DNA from: an uncultured Clostridiaceae bacterium
GTDB taxonomy: Bacteria; Bacillota; Clostridia; Saccharofermentanales; UBA5734
Direction: 5' to 3'
DNA length: 64,000 nucleotides
Assembly (NCBI GenBank): GCA_942493365.1
Contig: OW818697.1
Location: 418,634 to 482,633 of the forward strand
In this document: positions 29,039-40,451 of the stretch, in pieces
Layout of the letters: the number at the start of each line of letters is the position of its first letter
Position numbering within the stretch: position 1 is the stretch's first letter
Notes under the pieces: model-generated
Databases searched by the model: none
The model's input: the letters and a program-made list of their open reading frames with translations, nothing else
What the model was told of the DNA's origin: nothing
Position numbers and translations under genes: made by a program

Positions 29039-29345
29039 GAGTAATATTATTACGATGAGCTATATCATGACATGAATGACAAAGCGCTCAACATTATAGC
29101 TGAAACAAAGAGATTAAAGCCTGTCATGCCTTGACAAAAATATGCATAAACATAATTTTATCTATAATCATATTACGTTATTGCGAAATATACTTGTTCA
29201 CAATCCGTAGACATGCTAGAATGGCAGTATAGCGGAATGTCTTTATTATGTCTTAACAGACAGGATAGAACACATCATATATAGACACTTTACAGTTTGA
29301 TGTTCGCAATATTCCAACAAATCATGACATATCATGACAAGTCGA

Positions 29346-29372
29346 TGTTGATTTAACACATGTAAATCAACA
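29346..29372. promoter_or_regulatory. 10-bp-arm inverted repeat upstream of the adhesin gene
   Basis: TGTTGATTTA and TAAATCAACA flank the 7-nt spacer acacatg. The repeat lies about 60 nt upstream of the ATG at 29431, in an AT-rich leader. Confidence 0.35.
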
Positions 29373-29430
29373 CCAATGACTTTTGGCGGTCTTTAGCTTG
29401 ATCTGGATTTGAAGGGACGGTACCTGTTCA

Positions 29431-32400
29431 ATGAAAAACTTCTTTGGTAAAAATTCGAGCAACACAACATGCGAGCCTCCCAAGGTCATGCCAACCAAGA
29501 TGCTGAGCATCTTTTTGGCAGCAGTCTTACTTTGCAGCATGATTCCACTTGCGCCACAGGTCTTGGCCGTTGCCAGCGCCGGCGAGGTTGTTCTTTCTAA
29601 AACGGCGACCCCCCTGACACCCGAGCGGACTTCGGAGATCTCGCTGAGCGTCGTCGGCACACCGCTGACATCATCGCAAGCCGTTGACATTGTCCTTGTC
29701 TTAGATGTATCACCCAGCATGGACACGGCGCTGGGAACATCAACGCGGATGGGCGTTATGAAAGCAGCAGCCAAGAGCTTTATCAGCGAAGTGCTCCCCG
29801 CAGGCAGTAACAACAAGGTCTCACTTGTCGCCTTTTCGGGCGTCCAGAATGACGCAGCCTGGAATGACGGAAAAATTGTCCAAACCTTTTCGAATTCGAT
29901 TTCAACATTAAACACAAGCATCGATAATATTACCAATTCGGTCAACTTCATCGGCTACACCAACATGGAAGCGGGCTTCTATCATGCCGATGGCGCGCTG
30001 GACGCCGCCAACGGTGCGCGGACGACTGCAAAAAAGGTTGTCGTCTATATGTCTGACGGCGCTGCCAACCTTTACTACAATGCCACGGGTAACACTGTGT
30101 ATAACACGACAACGTCGGTCACTGAGGCCATCGGCGCTGCCCAGACCCTGCTGACCAACCACCCGGGCACGCTGGTCTATACCGTCGGTCTGTCCGATGG
30201 TACCAACAGCGCTGACATCGCCAAAGTCCTGAATGCCTCCAATCAAGGCCTCTACCCAACCAAGTATTTTGACGTTAACTCGGCGGATGGTCTGACCTCG
30301 GTTTACAACTACCTGGCCGATACCATCAACCAGATCGCCAATACGGCGATGGTGACCGATCTCCTGCCCGACGGTGTCACGTTTGATGGCTTTATTGCCA
30401 CGCCCTACGGCACGACAGCCTCGGCTGCCGGCAACACGGTGACCTGGACCATTCCCGTCATCACCACCAGTCCTCTGACGTTGACCTATCGTGTCAAGGT
30501 AGACGAATCAATTTACGGCGGTGTTTACACCAACACAAAGGCCGAGATTGCCTTTAAGCCGATCGCCGAAAATCATTTCTACGATGCGGTTCTGACGTCC
30601 GGCTATGCCAACCTGACTTTTCCAAAACCGATTATTCCAGCGCCCCCGATCGCCAACGATGATGCTTATGTATCCATCAGCGGCAACGCGGTCATTGTTT
30701 CGGCCGCGGGAATATTGTCGAACGATGAAGCTGTCGACCTGCGCGCCAACGGCGACGGCACCACCGCCACGCCAGTCAGCGGCTCAGTCAGCCTGGTGTC
30801 CGGTCCATCCCACGGCTCGCTGGCGCTCAACGCCGATGGCTCCTTCACTTATCTCCCGACCGCTGATTATGAGGGCATCGATACGTTTGTCTATAAAATA
30901 TTCTCCGATGTCACCATTATCGGGCAGGGCACCGTTCGCGTCGAGGACACCGCCACTGTTACCATCACCAGCTATCCCGAAGGCATGCCCGGCGAGATCG
31001 ACTTATCTAAGAATGCCAACTCGACCGCCACGGACCGCGAGTTTGAGGTGACACTGACCGCCGTCGGCAACAAACCGGAAACTGCACCGCCGACTGACTA
31101 TATTCTGGTCATGGACGTTTCCAACAGCATGCGTTATTTGCTGAACAGTGATGTCGAAGGTACGCCTTCGCGCCTTTCGGTCATGAAGGAAGCTGCTGCG
31201 GTCTTTGTCAGTGAAGTGCTGGCCGCCGGCAACGACAATCGCGTCGCGGTGGTCTCCTATTCATCAGATATCACTGGGGCCACGACCGATCGCTGGAATG
31301 ACAGCGTGATCAATCAAGGATTTTCCAGTAACGCTACCACGGTCAATGCCGCCATCGCCGCCCTGATCAAGCGAAATGCCACCAATACCGAAGCGGGTTT
31401 TTACAATGCCGATAACGTTCTGGACACGGCTCGTGCTGCTGCGCAGAAAATTGTTGTCTTCATGTCCGACGGTGGTGCTAATCAATACTATGACAGCAAT
31501 GGCAACACAATCGGTGTTGGGTCCGAACCCTTTAATCAAACGGCGACCAATGAAGCCATCGCCTCGGCCAAATTGTTAAAAGCCAATCATCCGGGCACCC
31601 AGATCTTTACCATGGGCATTGGCCAGGATCTTTACGGCTATATCGCCAAGGTTATGAACCCGGCCGCTCCGGACGATTATCAGGAAAAATTCTTCCAAGT
31701 GCTGACGGCCTCTGACGCGTCAGCAATCTACACCGAATTGACGCAGCCGTCATCCACGATCGCGACCGATGCCGTGGTCACGGACATTCTGCCGGCCGGT
31801 GTCAGCTACGCCGGTTCGCTGACCGCCTCTGCCGGCACGACAGCGACCATCAACGGCAACACCATCACCTGGACCCTGGGATCGATCACCGACCAAACTG
31901 CGACGCTGACCTATCGCGTCAAGGTAGACGATTCGATTTATGGCGGTGTTTATACCAACCAGTCGGCAGTCCTCAAGTTCCGGCCGGCCATCGGCAGTCC
32001 CCTCTATACACCGGACACTTCAGGGTTTGCCTATCTCGATTACCCCCTGCCGATTGTCGCCGTCGGACCGCTGGCGGTCGATGATGCATACTCGGTCGAT
32101 GAAAGTCAAACGCTGACCATTCCGGCTCCGGGTGTACTGGCCAATGATCCGACCACGATCCTGCGTGCTGATGGTAGCGGAACCACCGCAACCGCGACCA
32201 ACCAATCGGTTTCGTTGGACGTCGCGCCGGTAAACGGCACCTTGACGCAAAATGCCAATGGATCATTCTCTTACACACCAGTCTATGGGTTCTATGGCAT
32301 TGATACTTTTGTCTACCGTGTATTTTCTGATGTGACAATCGACGGCAAAGGAACTGTTCGCCTTGAAGACACGGCCGTCGTAACCATTATGGTCAACTAT

Positions 32401-35400
32401 GTCAACGATGCGCCGGTTGCCGCAGACGACGAGGCTGCAACACAAGAAGAACAGGCCGTAACGATCCCTGTTTTGACCAACGACAGTGATCCTGATGGTG
32501 ACAATCTGACCGTAACCGCCATCACACAGCCAGCTAACGGTTCAGCTGTAAAGAACGCAGAGGGTACCGTGACTTACACGCCGAAAGCGAATTTTTCAGG
32601 GACGGACACTTTGACCTACACCATCAGTGACGGTAATGGCAAGTCGGACACCGCCATCGTGACCATTTTGGTCGGCGAAGTCAACGATGCGCCGATCGCC
32701 AATGACGATATCGGCAACACCCCTGAAGACACGCCCGTGGCTATCTCAGTGCTGACCAATGATACTGATGTCGACGGCGGCGCGCTGAGCATCACGTCGG
32801 CAACCAACCCCGCCCATGGCGCGGCTGTTATCAACGCCGACGGGACAATGACCTATGTGCCAGATGCAAACTATTTTGGCACCGATACCTTTGAATACAC
32901 CATCACCGACGGTCGCGGCGGTTCCGACACCGCGCGGGTAACCATCACGGTCACCCCGGTCAACGACGCGCCGATTGCCAATGACGACACCCGCAACACA
33001 CCGGAAGATACAGCGATCAAGATCGGTGTTCTGAGCAATGACGCCGATGTCGAAGGCAGCCCCCTGACCGTAATCGCTGTAACTGAACCGACCCATGGAG
33101 CGGCTGTGATCCAACCCAACGGCACAGTTACCTATACGCCACATGCCAACTTCAATGGCATCGACACCTTTATTTACACGATCAGCGACGGCCAGGGCGG
33201 CAGCGACACAGCGACCGTCACCGTCAACGTTATCCCGATCAATGATGCGCCGCTTGCAACAGACGATACCGCGACAACCCCCGAAGATATGCCGGTTAAT
33301 GTCAATGTTCTGGCTAACGACCACGATGTTGACGGCAATCCGCTGATTGTCACGCTGATCAGTGATCCTACCCACGGTTCGGCAGTCATCAATCCCGATG
33401 GAACGGTAACCTACACCCCGGATATCAACACCAATGGCACTGATACCTTCGAATACACTGTCAGCGACGGCCAGGGCGGCACTGATACGGCGACCGTGAC
33501 CATCACGGTTACCCCACTTAATGATGCGCCGGTTGCGGTCAATGACATACGTTCAACCCCCGAAGACACCACGCTTATCATCGACGTTTTGACCAATGAC
33601 AGTGACCCCGATGGCGATCCGCTAACCGTAATCTTTGTCAGCGAGCCCGCCCACGGCTCGGCAACGATTAATCCGGACGGAACGATCACCTACAAGCCAG
33701 ACAGCAACTATATTGGTGACGACACCTTGATCTATACCGTCAGCGACGGCCAAGGTGGCATTTGTACGGCCAGCGTGACCATCACGGTTGGCGGTGTCAA
33801 TGATGCGCCTGTCGCGGCGGACGACACGAGAACAACCCCAGAAGACACATCGATCAAAATTGATGTGCTGACCAACGACACAGACTCCGATGGTGACGCC
33901 CTGGCAGTTGTGTCGATCACCGATCCGGCCAATGGCACAGCAGTTATCAATACCGATGGCACCGTGACTTACACACCGGCTGCTGATTTTAACGGCACTG
34001 ACAGCTTCGACTACACGATCACCGATGGCAACGGCGGCACGGATACCGCCACGGTCACCGTTACGATTTTGTCAATCAATGACGCCCCAGTCGCGGCTGA
34101 CGATACTGCTATTATCAGCGAAGATACACCGATAACGATTGCTGTTCTGACTAACGACAAAGATGCCGACCATGATCCGCTGACCGTCGTTTCTGTGACT
34201 GACCCTGCCCATGGCAGTGTGGTCATCAACCCAGATGGCACCGTGACCTATACACCGGATGCTAACTTTATTGGCACCGATACCTTTGAGTATACGGTCA
34301 GTGACGGCCACGGCGGCACCGATACCGCGATCGTGACCATCACTGTCAATCCGATCAACGACGCTCCTGTTGCTGTCAACGACGCTCGTACCACGCCTGA
34401 AGACACGCTGGTGATCATCGACGTGCTGACCAATGACAGTGATCCGGACGGCGATGCGCTGACGGTTATTTCAACGAGCACGCCGGCCAACGGCAATGCA
34501 GTCATCAATGCCAACGGCACCGTAAACTATACGCCGAACGCCAATTTCAATGGCACCGACAGCTTTACCTACACCATCAGCGATGGGCAAGGCGGCATTG
34601 CCACGGCTACAGTGAGCATAACGGTCACATCGGTCAATGACGGCCCTGTTGCAGCTGATGATGCCAGAACGACCCCAGAAGACGTGGCGGTAAACGTCGA
34701 TGTTCTGACCAACGATAGCGATGTCGACGGCGATCTCCTGACGGTTACCGGGACAACCAATCCCACGAACGGCACGGCCTTAATCAATCCCGACGGAACG
34801 ATCACCTACACACCGGACGTCAATTTCTTTGGCACAGACACTTTTGACTACACCATCAGCGATGGCAACGGCGGCACGGACACAGCGACGGTCACGGTCA
34901 ATGTCAGCAGAATTATTGTTCCTGACATCAAGATCAGCAAGCAGGTCTTAAACAGCACCCAAAGCGGCATCTTTGCCGACATGGCAGACCTGTACGTGGG
35001 AGAAACCGCGCAGTATCTGATCATTGTTGAAAACAATGGCAACACACCGCTGATCAATGTCATGGTGACTGACAACCACGCACCTGACGGCACCGTTGTG
35101 ACGGCATCAAACGGCGACAGCCTGATGTGGACGCACAATGCCAGTGGCATCGCAAGCCTTAATCTGGGGGACTTAGCCGTCGGCGAAAAGATCGAACTTC
35201 GCTACGATTATGTGACCAGCACGAGCGACCTGGAAAATTCGACGGTCATCAACAGAGCGGACGTCGTGGCTACGCCAGAAATCCCATCGAACCTCAGCGA
35301 GGTCACGGATTTTGCCACGGCAATTATCAACATCAGTGCGACGCCGCTTAGCGTTTCCGGTATCTCAGTTGACAATCAGGTCAAAAATCTGACCAGCGGC

Positions 35401-35907
35401 GGTCCTTATGCTGATCTGGCCAGCGGCATTGTCGGTGATACCTTCCGCTATAACGTAACCGTTAAAAACACAGGACTTCTCGACTTGACAGCAGTTAAAG
35501 TTTACGACAATCGCGTTGTACCGGGAACCGTAATAACCAACGTCACAGCTGGCACAACGGCCATCTGGCAGACGAGCGTTGACGGACGCGCCTACTTTGT
35601 TTTAGGCAACCTGGCCCCCGGCGCCTTGGTGAACTTCACCTACGATGTTATCACCACCAGTGCCGATGCCAACAACATCCGCTTGAACACGACGCAGGCT
35701 ATCGGCATTGTCACCATCACCATGAACGATCAGCAAATCGTTGAACTCAGCGATGATGCCATCGCCACAGCACTTGTTGACCAAATTCCGACCACGGGCG
35801 AGAACGATCTGACCACCCTGCTGGGCAGCATGCTGCTGCTTGCAGCCGCTGTTCTCATCTTCTTCCGCCTGCGTCGCCGTGACAGAGGTCTTCCGTCTGA
35901 CCACTGA
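29431..35907 (+). CDS. giant sortase-anchored surface adhesin (2x vWA, cadherin-like tandem repeats, DUF11-like repeats, xPxTG anchor)
   Basis: The 2158-aa product has a signal peptide and two MIDAS motifs ('VLVLDVSPSMD', 'ILVMDVSNSM'). It has nine 'VNDAP.A.DD...TPEDT...DVLTNDSD.DGD.LTV...G..V.N.DGT.TYTP...F.G.D.F.YT.SDG.GG.DTATVT' units. The C-terminus is 'IPTTG' (35785-35799), a hydrophobic helix and 'RLRRRDR'. Confidence 0.88.
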   Translation: MKNFFGKNSSNTTCEPPKVMPTKMLSIFLAAVLLCSMIPLAPQVLAVASAGEVVLSKTATPLTPERTSEISLSVVGTPLTSSQAVDIVLVLDVSPSMDTALGTSTRMGVMKAAAKSFISEVLPAGSNNKVSLVAFSGVQNDAAWNDGKIVQTFSNSISTLNTSIDNITNSVNFIGYTNMEAGFYHADGALDAANGARTTAKKVVVYMSDGAANLYYNATGNTVYNTTTSVTEAIGAAQTLLTNHPGTLVYTVGLSDGTNSADIAKVLNASNQGLYPTKYFDVNSADGLTSVYNYLADTINQIANTAMVTDLLPDGVTFDGFIATPYGTTASAAGNTVTWTIPVITTSPLTLTYRVKVDESIYGGVYTNTKAEIAFKPIAENHFYDAVLTSGYANLTFPKPIIPAPPIANDDAYVSISGNAVIVSAAGILSNDEAVDLRANGDGTTATPVSGSVSLVSGPSHGSLALNADGSFTYLPTADYEGIDTFVYKIFSDVTIIGQGTVRVEDTATVTITSYPEGMPGEIDLSKNANSTATDREFEVTLTAVGNKPETAPPTDYILVMDVSNSMRYLLNSDVEGTPSRLSVMKEAAAVFVSEVLAAGNDNRVAVVSYSSDITGATTDRWNDSVINQGFSSNATTVNAAIAALIKRNATNTEAGFYNADNVLDTARAAAQKIVVFMSDGGANQYYDSNGNTIGVGSEPFNQTATNEAIASAKLLKANHPGTQIFTMGIGQDLYGYIAKVMNPAAPDDYQEKFFQVLTASDASAIYTELTQPSSTIATDAVVTDILPAGVSYAGSLTASAGTTATINGNTITWTLGSITDQTATLTYRVKVDDSIYGGVYTNQSAVLKFRPAIGSPLYTPDTSGFAYLDYPLPIVAVGPLAVDDAYSVDESQTLTIPAPGVLANDPTTILRADGSGTTATATNQSVSLDVAPVNGTLTQNANGSFSYTPVYGFYGIDTFVYRVFSDVTIDGKGTVRLEDTAVVTIMVNYVNDAPVAADDEAATQEEQAVTIPVLTNDSDPDGDNLTVTAITQPANGSAVKNAEGTVTYTPKANFSGTDTLTYTISDGNGKSDTAIVTILVGEVNDAPIANDDIGNTPEDTPVAISVLTNDTDVDGGALSITSATNPAHGAAVINADGTMTYVPDANYFGTDTFEYTITDGRGGSDTARVTITVTPVNDAPIANDDTRNTPEDTAIKIGVLSNDADVEGSPLTVIAVTEPTHGAAVIQPNGTVTYTPHANFNGIDTFIYTISDGQGGSDTATVTVNVIPINDAPLATDDTATTPEDMPVNVNVLANDHDVDGNPLIVTLISDPTHGSAVINPDGTVTYTPDINTNGTDTFEYTVSDGQGGTDTATVTITVTPLNDAPVAVNDIRSTPEDTTLIIDVLTNDSDPDGDPLTVIFVSEPAHGSATINPDGTITYKPDSNYIGDDTLIYTVSDGQGGICTASVTITVGGVNDAPVAADDTRTTPEDTSIKIDVLTNDTDSDGDALAVVSITDPANGTAVINTDGTVTYTPAADFNGTDSFDYTITDGNGGTDTATVTVTILSINDAPVAADDTAIISEDTPITIAVLTNDKDADHDPLTVVSVTDPAHGSVVINPDGTVTYTPDANFIGTDTFEYTVSDGHGGTDTAIVTITVNPINDAPVAVNDARTTPEDTLVIIDVLTNDSDPDGDALTVISTSTPANGNAVINANGTVNYTPNANFNGTDSFTYTISDGQGGIATATVSITVTSVNDGPVAADDARTTPEDVAVNVDVLTNDSDVDGDLLTVTGTTNPTNGTALINPDGTITYTPDVNFFGTDTFDYTISDGNGGTDTATVTVNVSRIIVPDIKISKQVLNSTQSGIFADMADLYVGETAQYLIIVENNGNTPLINVMVTDNHAPDGTVVTASNGDSLMWTHNASGIASLNLGDLAVGEKIELRYDYVTSTSDLENSTVINRADVVATPEIPSNLSEVTDFATAIINISATPLSVSGISVDNQVKNLTSGGPYADLASGIVGDTFRYNVTVKNTGLLDLTAVKVYDNRVVPGTVITNVTAGTTAIWQTSVDGRAYFVLGNLAPGALVNFTYDVITTSADANNIRLNTTQAIGIVTITMNDQQIVELSDDAIATALVDQIPTTGENDLTTLLGSMLLLAAAVLIFFRLRRRDRGLPSDH
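32401..34911 (+). repeat. nine head-to-tail 279-bp coding repeats inside the adhesin gene
   Basis: Unit starts read off the sequence are 32401, 32680, 32959, 33238, 33517, 33796, 34075, 34354 and 34633. The period is exactly 279 bp (93 codons). Confidence 0.9.
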
Positions 35908-35920
35908 AATCGCTAGCTAA

Positions 35921-37135
35921 TTATTCGCGTAAAAAAGGGATGCTGCTTGATTCGTATGATCGGATACGCGCGGCCTTTTCGTATTGCGAGATGCGGTTTT
36001 TGCCGCCGGATTTTGCCGCATACATCGCAGCATCGGCATTATCGAACAAGTTCTCCAGCGACCAGCCGGGCAGCCAGTTGGCAATACCGATGCTGATGGT
36101 AACGACGTCGTCCGTAAAGCTGTATTTTTGACTGGCAAATTCGGCACGGAGTTTCTCCAGGAAATCATAGGCTTGATCAACTTCATTCTCGGTAAAGATA
36201 ATCGCGAATTCTTCACCGCCAAAACGAGCGGTAAAGCGATTGGCGCCAAAATCGCGCTTCATAAGCTCTGCCAACTTGTAGATGACCTTGTCGCCTTTAA
36301 GATGGCCATAGGTATCATTGATTTTCTTAAAATCATCGATGTCAATAATGGCCAGGGCAATTTGCATATTGGTTTTCTCTGATAGCTTAACCATTTGCGA
36401 CAAAGTATTCATAAAAATGGTGTGACCGTGCAAGCCTGTCTTTTGATCCTTGTACATCAGCTCCTTCATTTCGAGCTGGTTAAGATAACCTTGCTGAATG
36501 ATATCGTTTTTTTCGCGCTGAAAATCAATCAAAACATTGCAAACCATGGCCGTTGCGATCAAGAGCGCAAAAGCAACGATGGCTTCGGCGACATAAAAGT
36601 TTTCGTTGATTGGCCGAAAATTTGAAAGTGTGCGTTGAATAATTTCGATAAATAATGCAGCAAAACAAAGGATGCCAATGCGGCGGGTGATCTTTTTGCT
36701 GCTGAAAATGATGGTCACAAAAAGCGGTATACAAAATACACATAACGCTGCTGAAAAAACATAATGGGTCGATGACACAACAACGCCCATCAAAATCTGC
36801 TGCAGGGAAGGGACATAATTGATCATACGTGAAGTTGAGGGCAACTTCTTTAGCAAAATGAAACCAGTGATAATGATAAGAGAATTGGCAGCGGTTGGGA
36901 TTAATAAATAGCGAATAAAATAACCTTCAGGTGTACTGACAATCAAATCAGAGCTTTTCAGAAAAAAATACATGAAAAACTCAACGAGAAAAATAAAAAT
37001 GGCAACGTAAATATTGGTTTTGAAAAGTGTTCTGCGCCATTTCTCATGGATGGTGTCAAAATCTTTCAAAATGACCTCCCTCTTCTGCCGGATGCGATGG
37101 AAATATTCATCAATGCCATGATTAACGTTCATCAC
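35921..37135 (-). CDS. membrane-anchored diguanylate cyclase (GGDEF)
   Basis: About 6 N-terminal TM helices precede 'DIDDFKKINDTYGH' and 'RFGGEEFAIIF'. Confidence 0.85.
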   Translation of the reverse strand: MMNVNHGIDEYFHRIRQKREVILKDFDTIHEKWRRTLFKTNIYVAIFIFLVEFFMYFFLKSSDLIVSTPEGYFIRYLLIPTAANSLIIITGFILLKKLPSTSRMINYVPSLQQILMGVVVSSTHYVFSAALCVFCIPLFVTIIFSSKKITRRIGILCFAALFIEIIQRTLSNFRPINENFYVAEAIVAFALLIATAMVCNVLIDFQREKNDIIQQGYLNQLEMKELMYKDQKTGLHGHTIFMNTLSQMVKLSEKTNMQIALAIIDIDDFKKINDTYGHLKGDKVIYKLAELMKRDFGANRFTARFGGEEFAIIFTENEVDQAYDFLEKLRAEFASQKYSFTDDVVTISIGIANWLPGWSLENLFDNADAAMYAAKSGGKNRISQYEKAARIRSYESSSIPFLRE

Positions 37136-37206
37136 AGAAGCGGTGTAGGGTTGCTTGGAAATGTATACTAAATCAGTATTATACAGAACTATCGATTGAG
37201 TGTCTA

Positions 37207-37752
37207 TTATAGACCAAAACTTGATGGAAGCCGCACGATCATCCGATCGCCGATTTTAGCGGACAGCAGGTTGCGCAGATCGTCAGCTGAACCCAAAATG
37301 AACTTCTGACGACCGATGATGCAGATGTGGCCAGGCCCCAGATTGATATAAAAAGCATCAACAGTTTCGTAGGCCTTTTCGATCTTCTCGTATTCGTAGA
37401 CAGCCGGGATGTCAGCGTCCTTATCGGTCCAGACGGTGATGCCGTCGTCGTCAAAGCGATAATGATTGGGGGTCATCAGATGGTCCTCGATCGAAAGGTA
37501 ATACCGGCGGGGCAGAAAGAGGATGATGCCGGCCAGCAGCAGGCACATGCCAAACAGCAGAACGAAACCGATCAGGTTGAAAACATCCGCAGGGTTTTGG
37601 ATGTACATGACCAAAAAGACAATAGCCAGAATCGGCGTCAGCGCTAGCAGCAAGGGCGCTTGCCAGCGGGAACGCTTGCCCTGCAGAAAACTGAACAGGA
37701 AAAACTTGCGGTATTCGGCATAGTTGATGGTCGTGGTTGCTTCAATACGCAT
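37207..37752 (-). CDS. YcxB-like membrane protein
   Basis: The 181-aa product has two central TM helices flanked by soluble segments, as in YcxB/DUF4429-type proteins. This call is by architecture only. Confidence 0.5.
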   Translation of the reverse strand: MRIEATTTINYAEYRKFFLFSFLQGKRSRWQAPLLLALTPILAIVFLVMYIQNPADVFNLIGFVLLFGMCLLLAGIILFLPRRYYLSIEDHLMTPNHYRFDDDGITVWTDKDADIPAVYEYEKIEKAYETVDAFYINLGPGHICIIGRQKFILGSADDLRNLLSAKIGDRMIVRLPSSFGL

Positions 37753-37864
37753 GAGATTTAACGCTCCTATCCATACTATGCCACCATTTTACCCTTTGCG
37801 GTGTTATGTGTACAGTTAAGACTGTGATAAAATAAGTCAATCAAAGGATGCGGGGGAACAGTTT

Positions 37865-39316
<1,452 letters not shown>

Positions 39317-39380
39317 AATAAATTATATTATGTTATAATGAAGGGCATGATCACCGCTACAATCGTTGAAAGGCAGGGGT

Positions 39381-40439
39381 ATGATGCTTTCATTGATGAC
39401 GAGAATCAGGTTCTGGCGAACCATGGCCTGTGTCCTGGCTATCAGCCTGCTTGCGGCCGGCTGCGCTGCTCAGACAACCGCTTCCGAACCGAGCGCTACC
39501 ACCACCCGACCTGAGAGCCAACCGAACGCGACGACCACGACCGTGCCCACGATTTTCGAAACCGAGCCGGTCGAAACCAAACCGCCGATCGTCGAACCGT
39601 CCGAATACATCACAATCACCACGCCGGCCAAAAACGACGACGGCCTGGTCTTTCAGCCGCTAGATCCAAGCAATGGCTACAAAATTGACTTAAATAAGGA
39701 CGGGGTGCTAGAGAAAATTTCTTTTGTTGCTCCCACTGAGGAGTTTTCGGACTACTATTTTTTGGTTTTGAATGATCAGTATGCTGAGTTTGGCGATGAA
39801 GATGACTGGGGGTCGAGTTGGCCGGTTATCGTTGATCTGGATGTCAAGGATGAAGACTATGATTTGATCTATTATCACGGCCAGGCAGAATTCTGGAGCA
39901 CCAACTTTTATTATTATCACGCAGGGAAGCTCGTTTTTCGGGGAAGAATATTTGACGATTTCATGATTTATGAAGATTACATATATCTAAAACCCATTGC
40001 ACTCTTTACCGGTAAAATTGATGGGCAGGGTAATATAATTTCTGTTGGCACCAATAATTTATGTGAAAATGCTAATTTTGATGTGGACTGGAAGGTTGCA
40101 CCCAATGGGCTGATCGAAGTTATTCGTTCGAAAGGATATCAACGGCTTTATTCTGTGTGGGGTATCGATCAAAAAGTATACGGAGTCCCGGTTACGCTCA
40201 AAATCGATCTACCTCTATATTCAGATCCCACAGATGCCATGACAAAATTGCTTGCCAAAGCTGGCGAAGACGCACAAATCATTCAGGCTGATGACATTTG
40301 GTTTCAAATACGCACACAACACGACCAACTTGGCTGGTTCCGTTTGGAAAACGATGTTCAGTATTCGGTGCTTGTCGGTTATCAAGCGCAATACACCTCG
40401 GACGTTTTCGAGGGACTATTTCTGAACGAGGGTGGTTGA
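39381..40439 (+). CDS. lipoprotein of unknown function, family member A1 (C-terminal SH3b-like)
   Basis: It has the lipobox 'LLAAGC', a Thr/Pro-rich linker, 'DLNKDGVLEKISF', 'DLPLY', 'LGWFRL' and 'VFEGLF'. The ATG at 39381 follows AGGCAGGGG. Confidence 0.6.
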   Translation: MMLSLMTRIRFWRTMACVLAISLLAAGCAAQTTASEPSATTTRPESQPNATTTTVPTIFETEPVETKPPIVEPSEYITITTPAKNDDGLVFQPLDPSNGYKIDLNKDGVLEKISFVAPTEEFSDYYFLVLNDQYAEFGDEDDWGSSWPVIVDLDVKDEDYDLIYYHGQAEFWSTNFYYYHAGKLVFRGRIFDDFMIYEDYIYLKPIALFTGKIDGQGNIISVGTNNLCENANFDVDWKVAPNGLIEVIRSKGYQRLYSVWGIDQKVYGVPVTLKIDLPLYSDPTDAMTKLLAKAGEDAQIIQADDIWFQIRTQHDQLGWFRLENDVQYSVLVGYQAQYTSDVFEGLFLNEGG

Positions 40440-40451
40440 AAGGAGATCATC

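Noticed and set aside
29039-29430. A possible c-di-GMP (GEMM) riboswitch upstream of the adhesin, suggested by the flanking GGDEF and EAL genes.
   Set aside because: I could not find the conserved GEMM-I/II helices or the GNRA tetraloop/receptor features by eye. Only the direct and inverted repeats reported separately are present. A covariance-model scan would be needed to exclude it formally.
32616-34805. A regular series of 72-100-aa minus-strand ORFs recurs with about 280-bp periodicity. The same region could superficially be taken for a CRISPR-like array.
   Set aside because: The periodicity is that of the nine 279-bp coding repeats of the adhesin gene. The units are contiguous with no spacers, they are in frame and diverged like protein repeats, and the antisense ORFs simply repeat with them.
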